DNA of 14,588 bases from Promethearchaeota archaeon Loki_b31 (lineage in GTDB: Archaea; Asgardarchaeota; Lokiarchaeia; Sigyniarchaeales; SOKP01). The notes beneath the pieces are model-generated. The model searched no databases and was not told the DNA's origin. It saw nothing but the letters and a program-made list of their open reading frames with translations. The stretch covers positions 1 through 14,588 of the forward strand of contig NJBI01000070.1 in NCBI GenBank assembly GCA_005222975.1, given 5' to 3'. Below are positions 1-8,948 of the stretch, piece after piece (the first letter of the stretch is position 1; every line of letters starts with the position of its first letter). A program made the position numbers and the translations under genes.

Positions 1-50
1 TCGGCAGAGATCTTCACGATTTCTTTTTTGACGCGTCTAGTAAAGTCCAT
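1..50 (-). CDS. 5' end of a probable gene running off the left edge (MDFTRRVKKEIVKISA...)
   Basis: ATG at 50 on the minus strand, open to the window edge and divergent from the AOR gene. Only 16 codons are visible. Confidence 0.4.
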   Translation of the reverse strand, partial: MDFTRRVKKEIVKISA

Positions 51-207
51 GAATTTAAAAGCGCCAAACTTTGTTATAATAAGCTGTAATATCTACGTGA
101 TACCATTAAACGAAAACTTTTTTTTTTCCCCATCCATACACAAAGTATAGGAATTAATCAATTAATTTGGAAGTAAAGATAAAATAATTTCGAATTTTAT
201 TTTACTT

Positions 208-1947
208 ATGAAAAATGTAAATTTTTTTTACATTGTAAGAATCGATGTTAGTTCAAACAAGATTATTTACGAAGAAATAACTAGGGATTCAAAATATCTT
301 CTTTTAGGAGGTCGTGGATTGACATCTCAAATTGTTCACGACGAAATTCCACCGAATTGCGACCCGCTTGGACCAGAAAACAAGCTTATTATAGCAAATG
401 GCTCACTTACTGGAAGTCCATTCCCAAATTCTGCTCGTACATCTGCAGGGAGTAAAAGTCCTTTAACCAATGGTATTAAAGAAGCTAATGTCGGAGGTAG
501 AGGTGCCATGATGCTCGCTAGGCATGGAATAAGGGCGTTAGCGTTGCAAAATAATTCTCCAGAACTAAAAATCGTTTTAATTACTGATGATGGAATTAAA
601 TTACTACAAGGCAACGAATATAAAGGATTAGGAAATTATGAGCTTCATCGAAGATTGAGAGAAAAATACGGAGAAAATGTAGGTATTTACTCCATTGGAC
701 CAGCAGGTGAATTTATGATGAAAGCTGCTACTATTGCAGCTAATGATTTAGAAGGCTATCCTAGCAGGCACGCCGCACGTGGAGGTCTAGGGGCGGTAAT
801 GGGTTCTAAAGGAATTAAAGCTATAGTAATTAAACCCACAAAAGAATCTAAAGTTAAAGTTCACGATTTAAAAAAATTTAGGGAAACTTCAACTCCGTTC
901 GCAAAAAATTTGGCAAAAACTAAAGAAGTTTTTTCTACCTTTGGAACGCCTTTAATGATGAGAGCAATGAGCGAATATCGAGGAATTCCTACTAAAAACT
1001 TTCGCATGGGTTCTTTTGATAAAATTGCAAATATTACTGGAGAAAAACTCCACGAGCTTATAATGGCTCGAGGGGGAAAAAATCGATTGGCATGTTCTCC
1101 TAACTGCGTAATAAAATGCTCTAATTTAATTGTGGATGAAGATGGTAATCACTTAACTTCTAGTCTTGAATACGAGACAATGGCGCTAAATGGCTCTAAT
1201 TTAATGATTGACGATCTAGATAGCTTGGCTAAAATTGATCGTTTATGCGACGATAATGGTATTGACACGATCGAATTTGGTGGTACTGTAGGAGTTGCTA
1301 TGGATTGTGGAAAAATTGAATGGGGCAACGATCAAAAAGTGTTTGAAATTTTGGATAAAGAAATAAGGAACAACACGGAGTTGGGAAAACTGTATGGAAA
1401 TGGCGTTAAAAATATTGGTGAGAAATTAAACGCAAAAAGAGTTCCTCAAGTAAAAGGGCAAGGTATTTCTGGTTATGACCCAAGAGTGTTTAAGGGAATG
1501 GGGGTAACGTTCGCTACTTCTCCGCAGGGCGCCGACCACACTTCTGGAGCAGCAATAGCGGGTAGAGTTGCAAGCCAAAATAAAAATTACGGTGAATTAA
1601 TTGAAAACAAAGGCAAATTTGACTTGTCGTATGAATTGCAAATTTATACCGTAGTTATGGATTCAATGGGATGCTGCTATTTTATTGGCCCCAGTTACGA
1701 AAACATGGAACTTATCGCTCATGCGATTAATGCTATGTACAATCTTAATTTAACGAGAGACGATGTAATCGAAATTGGAAAAAATATACTAAAAATAGAA
1801 ATTAAATTTAACGAAAAAGCAGGCATTACACAAGACATGAATGATGTCCCACAGTTTTTCAGAGATGAACCTTCAATACCATCCAATATTAAATACAGCT
1901 TTCCTAAAGAAGAATTGAAATCATTCTGGGATAAATTGAGAGAATAA
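208..1947 (+). CDS. aor: Aldehyde:ferredoxin oxidoreductase family protein (W/Mo-pterin, 4Fe-4S)
   Basis: 579 aa with AOR-family motifs LGGRGL, DPLGPENKLI, KSPLT, IGPAGE, AARGGLGAVMGSKGIKAI, Cys cluster CSPNCVIKC, LEYET, CDDNGIDTI, YDPR and DSMGCCYF. Confidence 0.95.
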   Translation: MKNVNFFYIVRIDVSSNKIIYEEITRDSKYLLLGGRGLTSQIVHDEIPPNCDPLGPENKLIIANGSLTGSPFPNSARTSAGSKSPLTNGIKEANVGGRGAMMLARHGIRALALQNNSPELKIVLITDDGIKLLQGNEYKGLGNYELHRRLREKYGENVGIYSIGPAGEFMMKAATIAANDLEGYPSRHAARGGLGAVMGSKGIKAIVIKPTKESKVKVHDLKKFRETSTPFAKNLAKTKEVFSTFGTPLMMRAMSEYRGIPTKNFRMGSFDKIANITGEKLHELIMARGGKNRLACSPNCVIKCSNLIVDEDGNHLTSSLEYETMALNGSNLMIDDLDSLAKIDRLCDDNGIDTIEFGGTVGVAMDCGKIEWGNDQKVFEILDKEIRNNTELGKLYGNGVKNIGEKLNAKRVPQVKGQGISGYDPRVFKGMGVTFATSPQGADHTSGAAIAGRVASQNKNYGELIENKGKFDLSYELQIYTVVMDSMGCCYFIGPSYENMELIAHAINAMYNLNLTRDDVIEIGKNILKIEIKFNEKAGITQDMNDVPQFFRDEPSIPSNIKYSFPKEELKSFWDKLRE

Positions 1948-1950
1948 TTC

Positions 1951-1957
1951 TTTTTTT
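1951..1957 (+). terminator. Oligo-T tract, possible archaeal terminator of aor
   Basis: T run just after the aor TAA, between convergent genes. Weak evidence in AT-rich DNA. Confidence 0.35.
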
Positions 1958-2507
1958 AAATATAGTTTAGTAAACCTTTTTTTTTCATACTTAATTCCGC
2001 TATGATTATTAACATAATCCCTATAAGAACAAGGAGCAATGGAAACAAGATAAGTACAAGAATGTTATGCAAAACAAAATTGGTAAGCCATAAAATAAAA
2101 ATTAAAATACAATAACCTGTACCACTAAAAATGAAAATTATCTTCTTTTTTTTATAAATTGAAAGCGAAAAGTGCCAACAAATAGTTAGCAAAAGATTAG
2201 AACTAACGATTAAAACAAATTTAATCATTAAAAACGAATTAAAAAAAATAGTTACAATAATGAGACTTATAACTATCGTTGATATTGTAAATAAGAATTT
2301 CAATGAATTTTTAGTAATAAAATCTAGTTCCAACTTTATTAAAATACTTAGAATTAAAGGAGGCACATTAATTAGAATCAAGATTAGATATAAGATCAAA
2401 TTGTTTAGAATAAAAAAATTAAAAATTATTAACAAAGTAAGACTTATGAAAATTAATGTAGTACCAGTAAGTCGGCAAATCCCTTCTTTTTTCCCTTGAA
2501 TACTCAT
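1956..2507 (-). CDS. Hypothetical multi-pass membrane protein (about 6 TM segments)
   Basis: 183 aa of repeated hydrophobic stretches separated by Lys-rich loops. It fills the gap between aor and the next gene. No family recognised. Confidence 0.75.
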   Translation of the reverse strand: MSIQGKKEGICRLTGTTLIFISLTLLIIFNFFILNNLILYLILILINVPPLILSILIKLELDFITKNSLKFLFTISTIVISLIIVTIFFNSFLMIKFVLIVSSNLLLTICWHFSLSIYKKKKIIFIFSGTGYCILIFILWLTNFVLHNILVLILFPLLLVLIGIMLIIIAELSMKKKGLLNYI

Positions 2508-2688
2508 ATTTTTATTAATTTTATTAACAATAAAAATTCTCCAATTAACTTTCTGAAGTTTCTTTTAAACTCTAATAAATTATACACTTAAATAGAAAAA
2601 AAAGTATTTTGAATTAATACTATAATATTTGAATTCTTATTCAAATAAATCAAAAATAATTAATAATTACAGCAACGTGCTATAAATC

Positions 2689-4059
2689 TTGAATGAAAAA
2701 AACGTTTTAAAAGAATTGGAAGATATTGTTGGGAAAGATTTTGCTTCGAATCGTTCGGAAGATTTATATATTTACTCCCAAGATCCGGGAGCATCAGTTC
2801 CCCGCCCTGCAGACTTTGTAGTAATGCCAAATACACCTAAGGAAGTCCAAGAAATAATAAAACTAGCAAATCGAGAAAAGGTTCCAATAGTTCCGATGGG
2901 TGGTGGTTTAACGTTAAGTGGGCTTGTAATTCCCGTAAAAGGAGGCATAGTTATGGATATGAAACGCATGAATAAAATATTAGAAGTTAACGAATTAAGT
3001 CGGTTTGCCCTTGTAGAAGCAGGAGTAACTTCAGGACAACTTTTAGCGTACTTAAATGAAAATCATCCAAGGCTACAACCACCAATTCCAGATGCACCTC
3101 CTTCAGTTACAATTGCCGGGAACGCGTTAATTCATGGATCTGGTTATTTGTCCCAAAAATTCGGAGATCACGGTGCTATGATTAATGGATTAGAAGTTGT
3201 ACTCCCTGATGGAGAATTATATAAATTAGGCTCTTGTGCGGTTTCAGATTATTGGTTTACGAGAGGTCCCATTCCAGATTTTATTGGTTTGTTTATTAGC
3301 TCATTTGGTACTATAGGTATTATTACAAAACTCTCTATTAAACTATTTCCCAAACCTAAGATGAGAGATATAGTATTTGGCTTATGTAAAGAACCGAATG
3401 TACTCCCAGAATTAATTTCAAACATAACATTTACGGATGTAGCCGAAGATATTTTACTAGGGATTCAAGATAAACCCGATTGGATGAAAGGCTACACATT
3501 TATTATCGTTTATATCACTGGTGAAACAGAAGAAGAATTAAATAATAAAAGAAAAATTCTTAAGAAAATGTATCGCAAAGGAAAATCTAGGTACATGAAA
3601 GTTCCAAAAAGAATTGAAGATATATTTCTCGAAAAACCACAATTTGCTGCGAAAGCGGCAGACTTTAGGAAGGGAGGTGGCTTTGAATATGTTGGGGCCT
3701 TCATACCGCTTCAATTAATCCCTGAAATAATTCAAATTGGTACAGATATTTCTTTAAAACACGGAATCGTTCCCACTTTGGGCGCTAGACTTATAGGACA
3801 AGGTCACGCTGCGATGTTTTTTATTTCGTATTCTTTTAACCGCGCAGATCCGAAAGATATGAAAAACGCGCGAGAGGCATTACACGAAACAAATAAAGCT
3901 GTGCTTGAAATTGGAGGAATTCCGTGGAAAGCAGAAGTAGCAGGACAACAACTAATACTAGAAAAGATGGATCCTAATTATAAGAAACTGCTAAAAAGCA
4001 TTAAAAATCTATTAGACCCAAATGGGATTATGAATCCAGGAAATTGGGATGTTAAATAA
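2689..4059 (+). CDS. FAD-binding oxidoreductase, VAO/PCMH (GlcD-like) superfamily
   Basis: TTG start. Motifs PADFVVMP, IVPMGGGLTLSG, GGIVMDMKRMNKILEV, VEAGV, TIAGN, GLEVVLPDG, GTIGIITKL and C-terminal LDPNGIMNPG. Confidence 0.92.
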   Translation: MNEKNVLKELEDIVGKDFASNRSEDLYIYSQDPGASVPRPADFVVMPNTPKEVQEIIKLANREKVPIVPMGGGLTLSGLVIPVKGGIVMDMKRMNKILEVNELSRFALVEAGVTSGQLLAYLNENHPRLQPPIPDAPPSVTIAGNALIHGSGYLSQKFGDHGAMINGLEVVLPDGELYKLGSCAVSDYWFTRGPIPDFIGLFISSFGTIGIITKLSIKLFPKPKMRDIVFGLCKEPNVLPELISNITFTDVAEDILLGIQDKPDWMKGYTFIIVYITGETEEELNNKRKILKKMYRKGKSRYMKVPKRIEDIFLEKPQFAAKAADFRKGGGFEYVGAFIPLQLIPEIIQIGTDISLKHGIVPTLGARLIGQGHAAMFFISYSFNRADPKDMKNAREALHETNKAVLEIGGIPWKAEVAGQQLILEKMDPNYKKLLKSIKNLLDPNGIMNPGNWDVK

Positions 4060-5241
4060 ATGACTTTAAAAATTGAACAAGATTGGAAAGATATAGTTCA
4101 TAGGTGTTTCAGATGTGGTTATTGTAAATTTACCTACGATTATTCTGATTTTAATTGTCCTAGCTATAAAAAGTTCCGATTTGAGACTTATTCCACAGGT
4201 GGAAGGTTGTGGCTAATTTACGGTTTGATTAGTGGTGAAATCTCGTGGAGTCAAGGTGTAGCCAATGTACTTTACGCGTGTTCTACTTGCGGAAATTGTT
4301 CTGAAAATTGTAGGTTTGATAAATTTAACGATCTTCTGGTAGACATTATAGAAGCTGCTCGGGCAGTAGCAGTAGAAAAAGGATTTTGTCCAGAGAACCA
4401 AAAGGCTTTAATTGAACGCATAGAGAACCCTGAGATGTACAATCCATATGGCGAACAAAATTCTAATAACGAAGATTTAAAGAAAGAATACGATTTACCA
4501 GATAAAGCAGAATGGGTTTATTTTATCGGATGTACATCTAATTATCGTCAAAAAAATTTAAGAGACGCTACTTTGAGATTCTTGAAGAAAGCTAATATCG
4601 ATTTTACTTTGGTGGATGAACATTGTTGCTGTAGCCCGGTAATGCGAACTGGTCAAATTAATTCTGTTAAAGACTTTATTAATTATAATATTGCTCAAAT
4701 AAACAATGCGGGCGCCTCAAAAGTCATCACATCATGTGCGGGTTGTTACCGTACACTAAAAAAGGATTGGTTAAAATACGGTGCTGATTACGATTTTCAG
4801 ATATATCACACAGTAGAATTAGTTAAAGAGCTATTAGACGAAGGAAAATTAAAGTTTAAATCAGAATATAACAAAACAGTAACTTATCACGACCCCTGCC
4901 ACCTTGGAAGACATATGGATATCTACGAAGTTCCAAGAGATGTGTACAAACAAATTCCAGGAATTAAACTTGTAGAAATGAAAAGAAATCGAGAAAACGC
5001 TTGGTGTTGCGGCGCTGGAGGTGGCGTAAAAATAGGTTATCCCGAGTGGTCAGTTGAGATTTCAAAGGAAAGGCTTAAGGAGGCAAAAACGACGGGAGCA
5101 TCCGTTATATCGTCAGTATGTCCCTTTTGTAGGACGAATTTGAGCGATGCAAACGATAAATTTGATATGAATTTTGAAGTTATCGATTTGATTGAGATAA
5201 TAGATAAATTAGACTTCGAAATTACTGATACCAAACATTAA
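4060..5241 (+). CDS. Fe-S oxidoreductase with two 4Fe-4S motifs and two CCG domains (GlcF/HdrD-like)
   Basis: CFRCGYC...CP and CSTCGNCSENC; CCG domain 1 GC..HCCCSP..SCAGC; CCG domain 2 YHDPCHLGR..CCGAGGG..VCPFC. The ATG directly follows the upstream TAA. Confidence 0.93.
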   Translation: MTLKIEQDWKDIVHRCFRCGYCKFTYDYSDFNCPSYKKFRFETYSTGGRLWLIYGLISGEISWSQGVANVLYACSTCGNCSENCRFDKFNDLLVDIIEAARAVAVEKGFCPENQKALIERIENPEMYNPYGEQNSNNEDLKKEYDLPDKAEWVYFIGCTSNYRQKNLRDATLRFLKKANIDFTLVDEHCCCSPVMRTGQINSVKDFINYNIAQINNAGASKVITSCAGCYRTLKKDWLKYGADYDFQIYHTVELVKELLDEGKLKFKSEYNKTVTYHDPCHLGRHMDIYEVPRDVYKQIPGIKLVEMKRNRENAWCCGAGGGVKIGYPEWSVEISKERLKEAKTTGASVISSVCPFCRTNLSDANDKFDMNFEVIDLIEIIDKLDFEITDTKH

Positions 5242-5323
5242 TTAAAAGAATTTATTACCTCTTTTTGTTTTAAAATTATTATTAGTTTTAAAAGTAAATA
5301 ATTAATTTGTAGATGTGATTGAA

Positions 5324-6190
5324 ATGAGGTTAGGTGCGCACATGAGCGTTACAGGAGGTAAGTATATGGCTCTTGAAAGGGGAAAAGAGCTTGGGTGCCA
5401 ATCAATTCAAGTATTTATAAGAAGTGTGCGCTCTTGGTCGGCAAAACCTTTAGATAAAAAAGATATTGAAGATTTTCTTAAGACAAAGGAAGAATTAAAA
5501 GAAGAAATTTGGCCTATAATTAGTCACAATAGTTATCTAATAAATTTAGCAAGTATCGATAAAGAAAAATTGGAAAAATCTTATAATGCTATGCTAGATG
5601 AGCTTATTAAAGCTGATCAACTCGATATCGAATACGAAAACATGCATCCTGGAGTCATTCCTATAAGCGATAATAATGAAATTTCCAAAAAAGAAGCGCT
5701 AATTCAGATGGCTAATCAATTAAACAAATTAATAGATGAAACTAAGGGCTCTAAGGTTCAAATTCTGTTAGAAACTACCGCTGGGCAAGGTAAGGGTTTA
5801 GGCAATAAATTTCATCACTTAGCTACGATTATTGATAAAATTAAAGATAAAAATAGAATTGGAGTTTGTTTTGATACGGCCCATTCATTTGCAGCAGGCT
5901 ACGACTTTACTACTAAGAAAAAATATGACGAAATGTGGACTGAGTTTGACGATATTATTGGATTGAAGTATTTATTTGCTTTTCATTTGAACGACACTGA
6001 AAAAGATTTAGGTTCTAGGGTTGATCGTCATACTCACATAGGACAAGGAAAAATCGGCAAGGAACCCTTTGGATTCTTGTTAAATGATGATAGATTTAGA
6101 GATCATCCGGGAATTATAGAGACTCCAAAAGGTAAAGATATGAAAGAAGATATAATGAATTTAAAAATTCTTAGATCTTTAATAAAGTAA
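5324..6190 (+). CDS. nfo: Endonuclease IV (AP endonuclease family 2)
   Basis: LGAHMS, HNSYLINLAS, HPG, LLETTAGQG, GVCFDTAHSFAAGY, HLND, DRHTHIGQG, IETP, i.e. the Zn-ligand motifs. ATG at 5324 (MRLGAH) preferred over the GTG at 5315. Confidence 0.96.
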   Translation: MRLGAHMSVTGGKYMALERGKELGCQSIQVFIRSVRSWSAKPLDKKDIEDFLKTKEELKEEIWPIISHNSYLINLASIDKEKLEKSYNAMLDELIKADQLDIEYENMHPGVIPISDNNEISKKEALIQMANQLNKLIDETKGSKVQILLETTAGQGKGLGNKFHHLATIIDKIKDKNRIGVCFDTAHSFAAGYDFTTKKKYDEMWTEFDDIIGLKYLFAFHLNDTEKDLGSRVDRHTHIGQGKIGKEPFGFLLNDDRFRDHPGIIETPKGKDMKEDIMNLKILRSLIK

Positions 6191-6221
6191 AATATTATAT
6201 CTTTCATTTTATTTTTGTATA

Positions 6222-6710
6222 TTATAATCCTATCCAATTGTTTAATGGATTATTTATAATAGGGCCTAAAGATTGAAAAGAAGCATGTTTAAAGTGTGCA
6301 TCACAAGTATATAAAATATCAACTTCTTTATAAAGTGGTAAAACACAAAGATAATCCCAAATATGTATTCCACTTTGTTTACTAAGATTTATTGCTTGTT
6401 CTATATCTTTAAAAGTAATATGATACCAATCCATAAATTTTCCTTGTAATAATTGAAAACAATATGTTTGTACAAATTCATGCGGCAATCTCATCCCTCG
6501 AAATCCTAAAACATGGTATATTTCACACAATTGGTGGTATGTCATTGAGATTCTATCTTCGTTAATTTTTTGCTTTATAAATTCGCTAGATTGTTTATGA
6601 AGTTCAAATGCTTTTTCAAAATCTGAGTTATTAACGAATTTAGAATTATCTGGAACCTTTTGGGCAAAAATCCATAGTTCTGTATCAATGAAAATTTTGA
6701 TATTAACCAC
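6222..6710 (-). CDS. vapC: PIN-domain ribonuclease toxin (VapC-like)
   Basis: Acidic PIN tetrad pattern IFIDT...LCEIY...IWDY...YTCDAHF. It overlaps the end of the upstream small gene. Start uncertain (GTG 6710, or ATG 6728 as in the ORF track). Confidence 0.85.
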   Translation of the reverse strand: MVNIKIFIDTELWIFAQKVPDNSKFVNNSDFEKAFELHKQSSEFIKQKINEDRISMTYHQLCEIYHVLGFRGMRLPHEFVQTYCFQLLQGKFMDWYHITFKDIEQAINLSKQSGIHIWDYLCVLPLYKEVDILYTCDAHFKHASFQSLGPIINNPLNNWIGL

Positions 6711-6981
6711 CAATATCATTATATTCATATTCCTTGAAATCCTCAGGTTGCGCTCCAGAAAATTTTCGTTCCAATATCATAAGAAAATTTTTCCTATCTT
6801 TTTCAACTTCTGATAAAAAAGGCGAGGATTTTACTTCAATTGATTCATTTTTCTTTAAAAGATGTACAATCGCATCTTCTAAGGTAACTCTCTTACCTAA
6901 TCTTTTAGCTAGTTCACCTACTACACGATGTAAACTTTCTAAAGTCTTTCTCGTAACTTTAATTGTTGTATTTTTACTCAT
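6703..6981 (-). CDS. Putative antitoxin (VapB-like, RHH-type N-terminus)
   Basis: 92 aa. N-terminal TTIKV strand followed by two helices (..TLEDAIVHLL) and an acidic tail. Lies directly upstream of and overlapping the PIN gene. Confidence 0.75.
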   Translation of the reverse strand: MSKNTTIKVTRKTLESLHRVVGELAKRLGKRVTLEDAIVHLLKKNESIEVKSSPFLSEVEKDRKNFLMILERKFSGAQPEDFKEYEYNDIGG

Positions 6982-7356
6982 ATAATATTAGAAGTATACA
7001 AAGTATAAAAAATATACCATTAAAATTCTATAATTATAGGTAAAATACTTTTAAAGAATCTTGCAACTCTTAGATCATTGATAAAATAATTCATTAAATA
7101 AAATTAATTCTGTAATATATTTCGAAGGTATTGGAGTTGTTCTCTTTATAATAGGATTGGTACTTCTAAAACTCTCGCGAAAATAGAAATTACATAAAGA
7201 ATTTTCAGTGGATCTTTTAAATTTTTTACCTTTTCATATTCATCATGAAATTCGACAGGAAAGGGGGATCTACTAGTTACTAAATATTTGCATTAGATGA
7301 AATTGGTCCCTACTGTTTCTTTCACGAGTAGAAGACAAGGGTATCTTTTTTTAGAA

Positions 7357-7703
7357 TTATTTCCAACTCTTCGCGAGTCCTAAATATAGCAAAAATATTC
7401 CTGATATTAATAACAACAAAATCGCCCACCAAAATATATACCACCACAGATACATATATAGGAATCCCACAATTAAGGAAAGAATTCCAAAAATTTTTGA
7501 TAGACGTTCATACGCTTTTTGCTTAATAAGATTAAGCAATCCACAAATAATATCTAACACACCTAACAAGAAAAATAAGAAGAAAAAAGGAAATATTACA
7601 AACATCCAAGCCCTGATATCATAGGGACTAATACGAGAAAAAAAATTAATAGTAAAATCAGACCACTACCAATAAAAGTTGTACCTATTATATGATATTT
7701 CAT
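7357..7703 (-). pseudogene. Small membrane protein, frameshifted at a T8 tract (about 115 aa, about 4 TM if repaired)
   Basis: ATG at 7703 gives MKYHIIGTTFIGSGLILLLIFF. Adding one T in the homopolymer at 7638-7645 joins it in frame to the 82-aa ORF at 7357-7605. Confidence 0.6.
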
Positions 7704-7923
7704 AAATAATAAGTCTTCAGATTGAGAATTTAAACTTTTTTGTCAAAAAAGTAGCGTTTATTTTAAATTTGATTTTACTGTATTTTTGTTACGCTCTTTT
7801 ACAAAAAATTATGATTAAAAAAAGAGGATTTTTGGGCTCTATGAAAATGATGGGTAAAATGCTTTTAAAGAAGCAAATTTAAAGCTACATGCTTAAATTA
7901 AACTTTTTTTTTTACTTTTTAAA

Positions 7924-8322
7924 TTAATCAAGAACGTTAAACCATACAGGACTTTTATCACTAACCAGACCATTATAATTAACTGTGAGTTCCTCTCCTT
8001 CTTTAATCTCTTTAATAGCAGAGAACTCTATTGCTTTTTCTTTGTAATCATATAAATATTTTATGTTAGGTTCATAAGAGTGATTAATGAATTGAGATAT
8101 ACTGAGCGTTATAGCATTTTCAAATCCTGGTTTGTGCTTGGGATCTTTCCAAATATAGCAATAATCATAAAGGACAGTTTTTTTAATTTTCTTATAATCC
8201 TTGTTGGGAATTAAAATTACATTTGCTACATCAATTATAGTATTCTTTTTAATATCTTTCTTAGCAAACGCGCCCTTTCCTTTCCCTTTTGAGATATATC
8301 TTATCTTAATATATTCATTCAT
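7924..8322 (-). CDS. Stand-alone SET-domain protein-lysine methyltransferase
   Basis: SET motifs GKGKGAFAKKDI, FINHSYEPN and AIKEIKEGEELTVNY. No post-SET Cys. ATG at 8322, alternative GTG at 8331. Confidence 0.92.
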   Translation of the reverse strand: MNEYIKIRYISKGKGKGAFAKKDIKKNTIIDVANVILIPNKDYKKIKKTVLYDYCYIWKDPKHKPGFENAITLSISQFINHSYEPNIKYLYDYKEKAIEFSAIKEIKEGEELTVNYNGLVSDKSPVWFNVLD

Positions 8323-8340
8323 AAAATACACTAATAAAAT

Positions 8341-8928
8341 TTATTCAATCGAAGCATGACGTTTATCGATATCTTTTTCTGTGACTCCCAATAATTCCAT
8401 TAATGTGGCTCCAATTGAATCTAATACGGTTAGCGTTGAGATGTCGAATAGAGTTGTGTAAGGTGCTAAAGTTTTTTGTGAAACAGCCATATCTTTACTT
8501 TTCCCATCAACTTTAATTATTAAATCCGATAATTTTCCTATAGTACTCTCTGGATTATTTGTTAGTAAAGCAATTTTCCCTCCTATGTCCTTTGCTTTTC
8601 GCGCTATAGCGACGGGAGAGGTGGTTTCACCGCTTCCACTTATTAAAATAAGTAAGTCTTCTTTACTATAACGATGAGTAATCGCATCTGAGACAAAACA
8701 GGAATTAACCCCTAAATGCATTAATCTTTGAGCAAAACAACGCCCTATAAAGCCAGACCGCCCGGCCCCATAAACAAAAATCGTTCCATCGTTAGAATTA
8801 ACTTGAGTAATCAAATCAATTAATTTTAAAACATGTGTAGTGTTAATTGTTTTAGAATTTTTTATAATCTGATTTGCTATTTCAAGAATTGTATTTAAAA
8901 ACCTTTCGTGACTTTTCTCGTAATTCAT
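8341..8928 (-). CDS. hxlB: 6-phospho-3-hexuloisomerase (SIS domain, PHI)
   Basis: IFVYGAGRSG, FAQRLMHLG, ISGSGET, LAPYTTLFD and C-terminal RHASIE. Start moved to ATG 8928, which has an RBS and removes the overlap with the upstream gene. Confidence 0.9.
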   Translation of the reverse strand: MNYEKSHERFLNTILEIANQIIKNSKTINTTHVLKLIDLITQVNSNDGTIFVYGAGRSGFIGRCFAQRLMHLGVNSCFVSDAITHRYSKEDLLILISGSGETTSPVAIARKAKDIGGKIALLTNNPESTIGKLSDLIIKVDGKSKDMAVSQKTLAPYTTLFDISTLTVLDSIGATLMELLGVTEKDIDKRHASIE

Positions 8929-8932
8929 ATTT

Positions 8933-8939
8933 TCACCCC
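8933..8939 (-). promoter_or_regulatory. Shine-Dalgarno-like site GGGGTGA for hxlB
   Basis: GGGGTGA lies 4 nt upstream of ATG 8928 on the minus strand. Confidence 0.7.
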
Positions 8940-8948
8940 ACTTTATTC

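Noticed and set aside
336-5234. Antisense ORFs 336-614, 2260-2499, 2772-2969, 3510-3704, 4213-4401 and 5037-5234
   Set aside because: They lie wholly opposite well-supported genes and show no motifs; shadow ORFs.
1956-7703. Similar N-termini of the two membrane proteins (GTTLIFISLTLLIIF versus GTTFIGSGLILLLIF)
   Set aside because: Short and dominated by hydrophobic compositional bias; paralogy cannot be supported.
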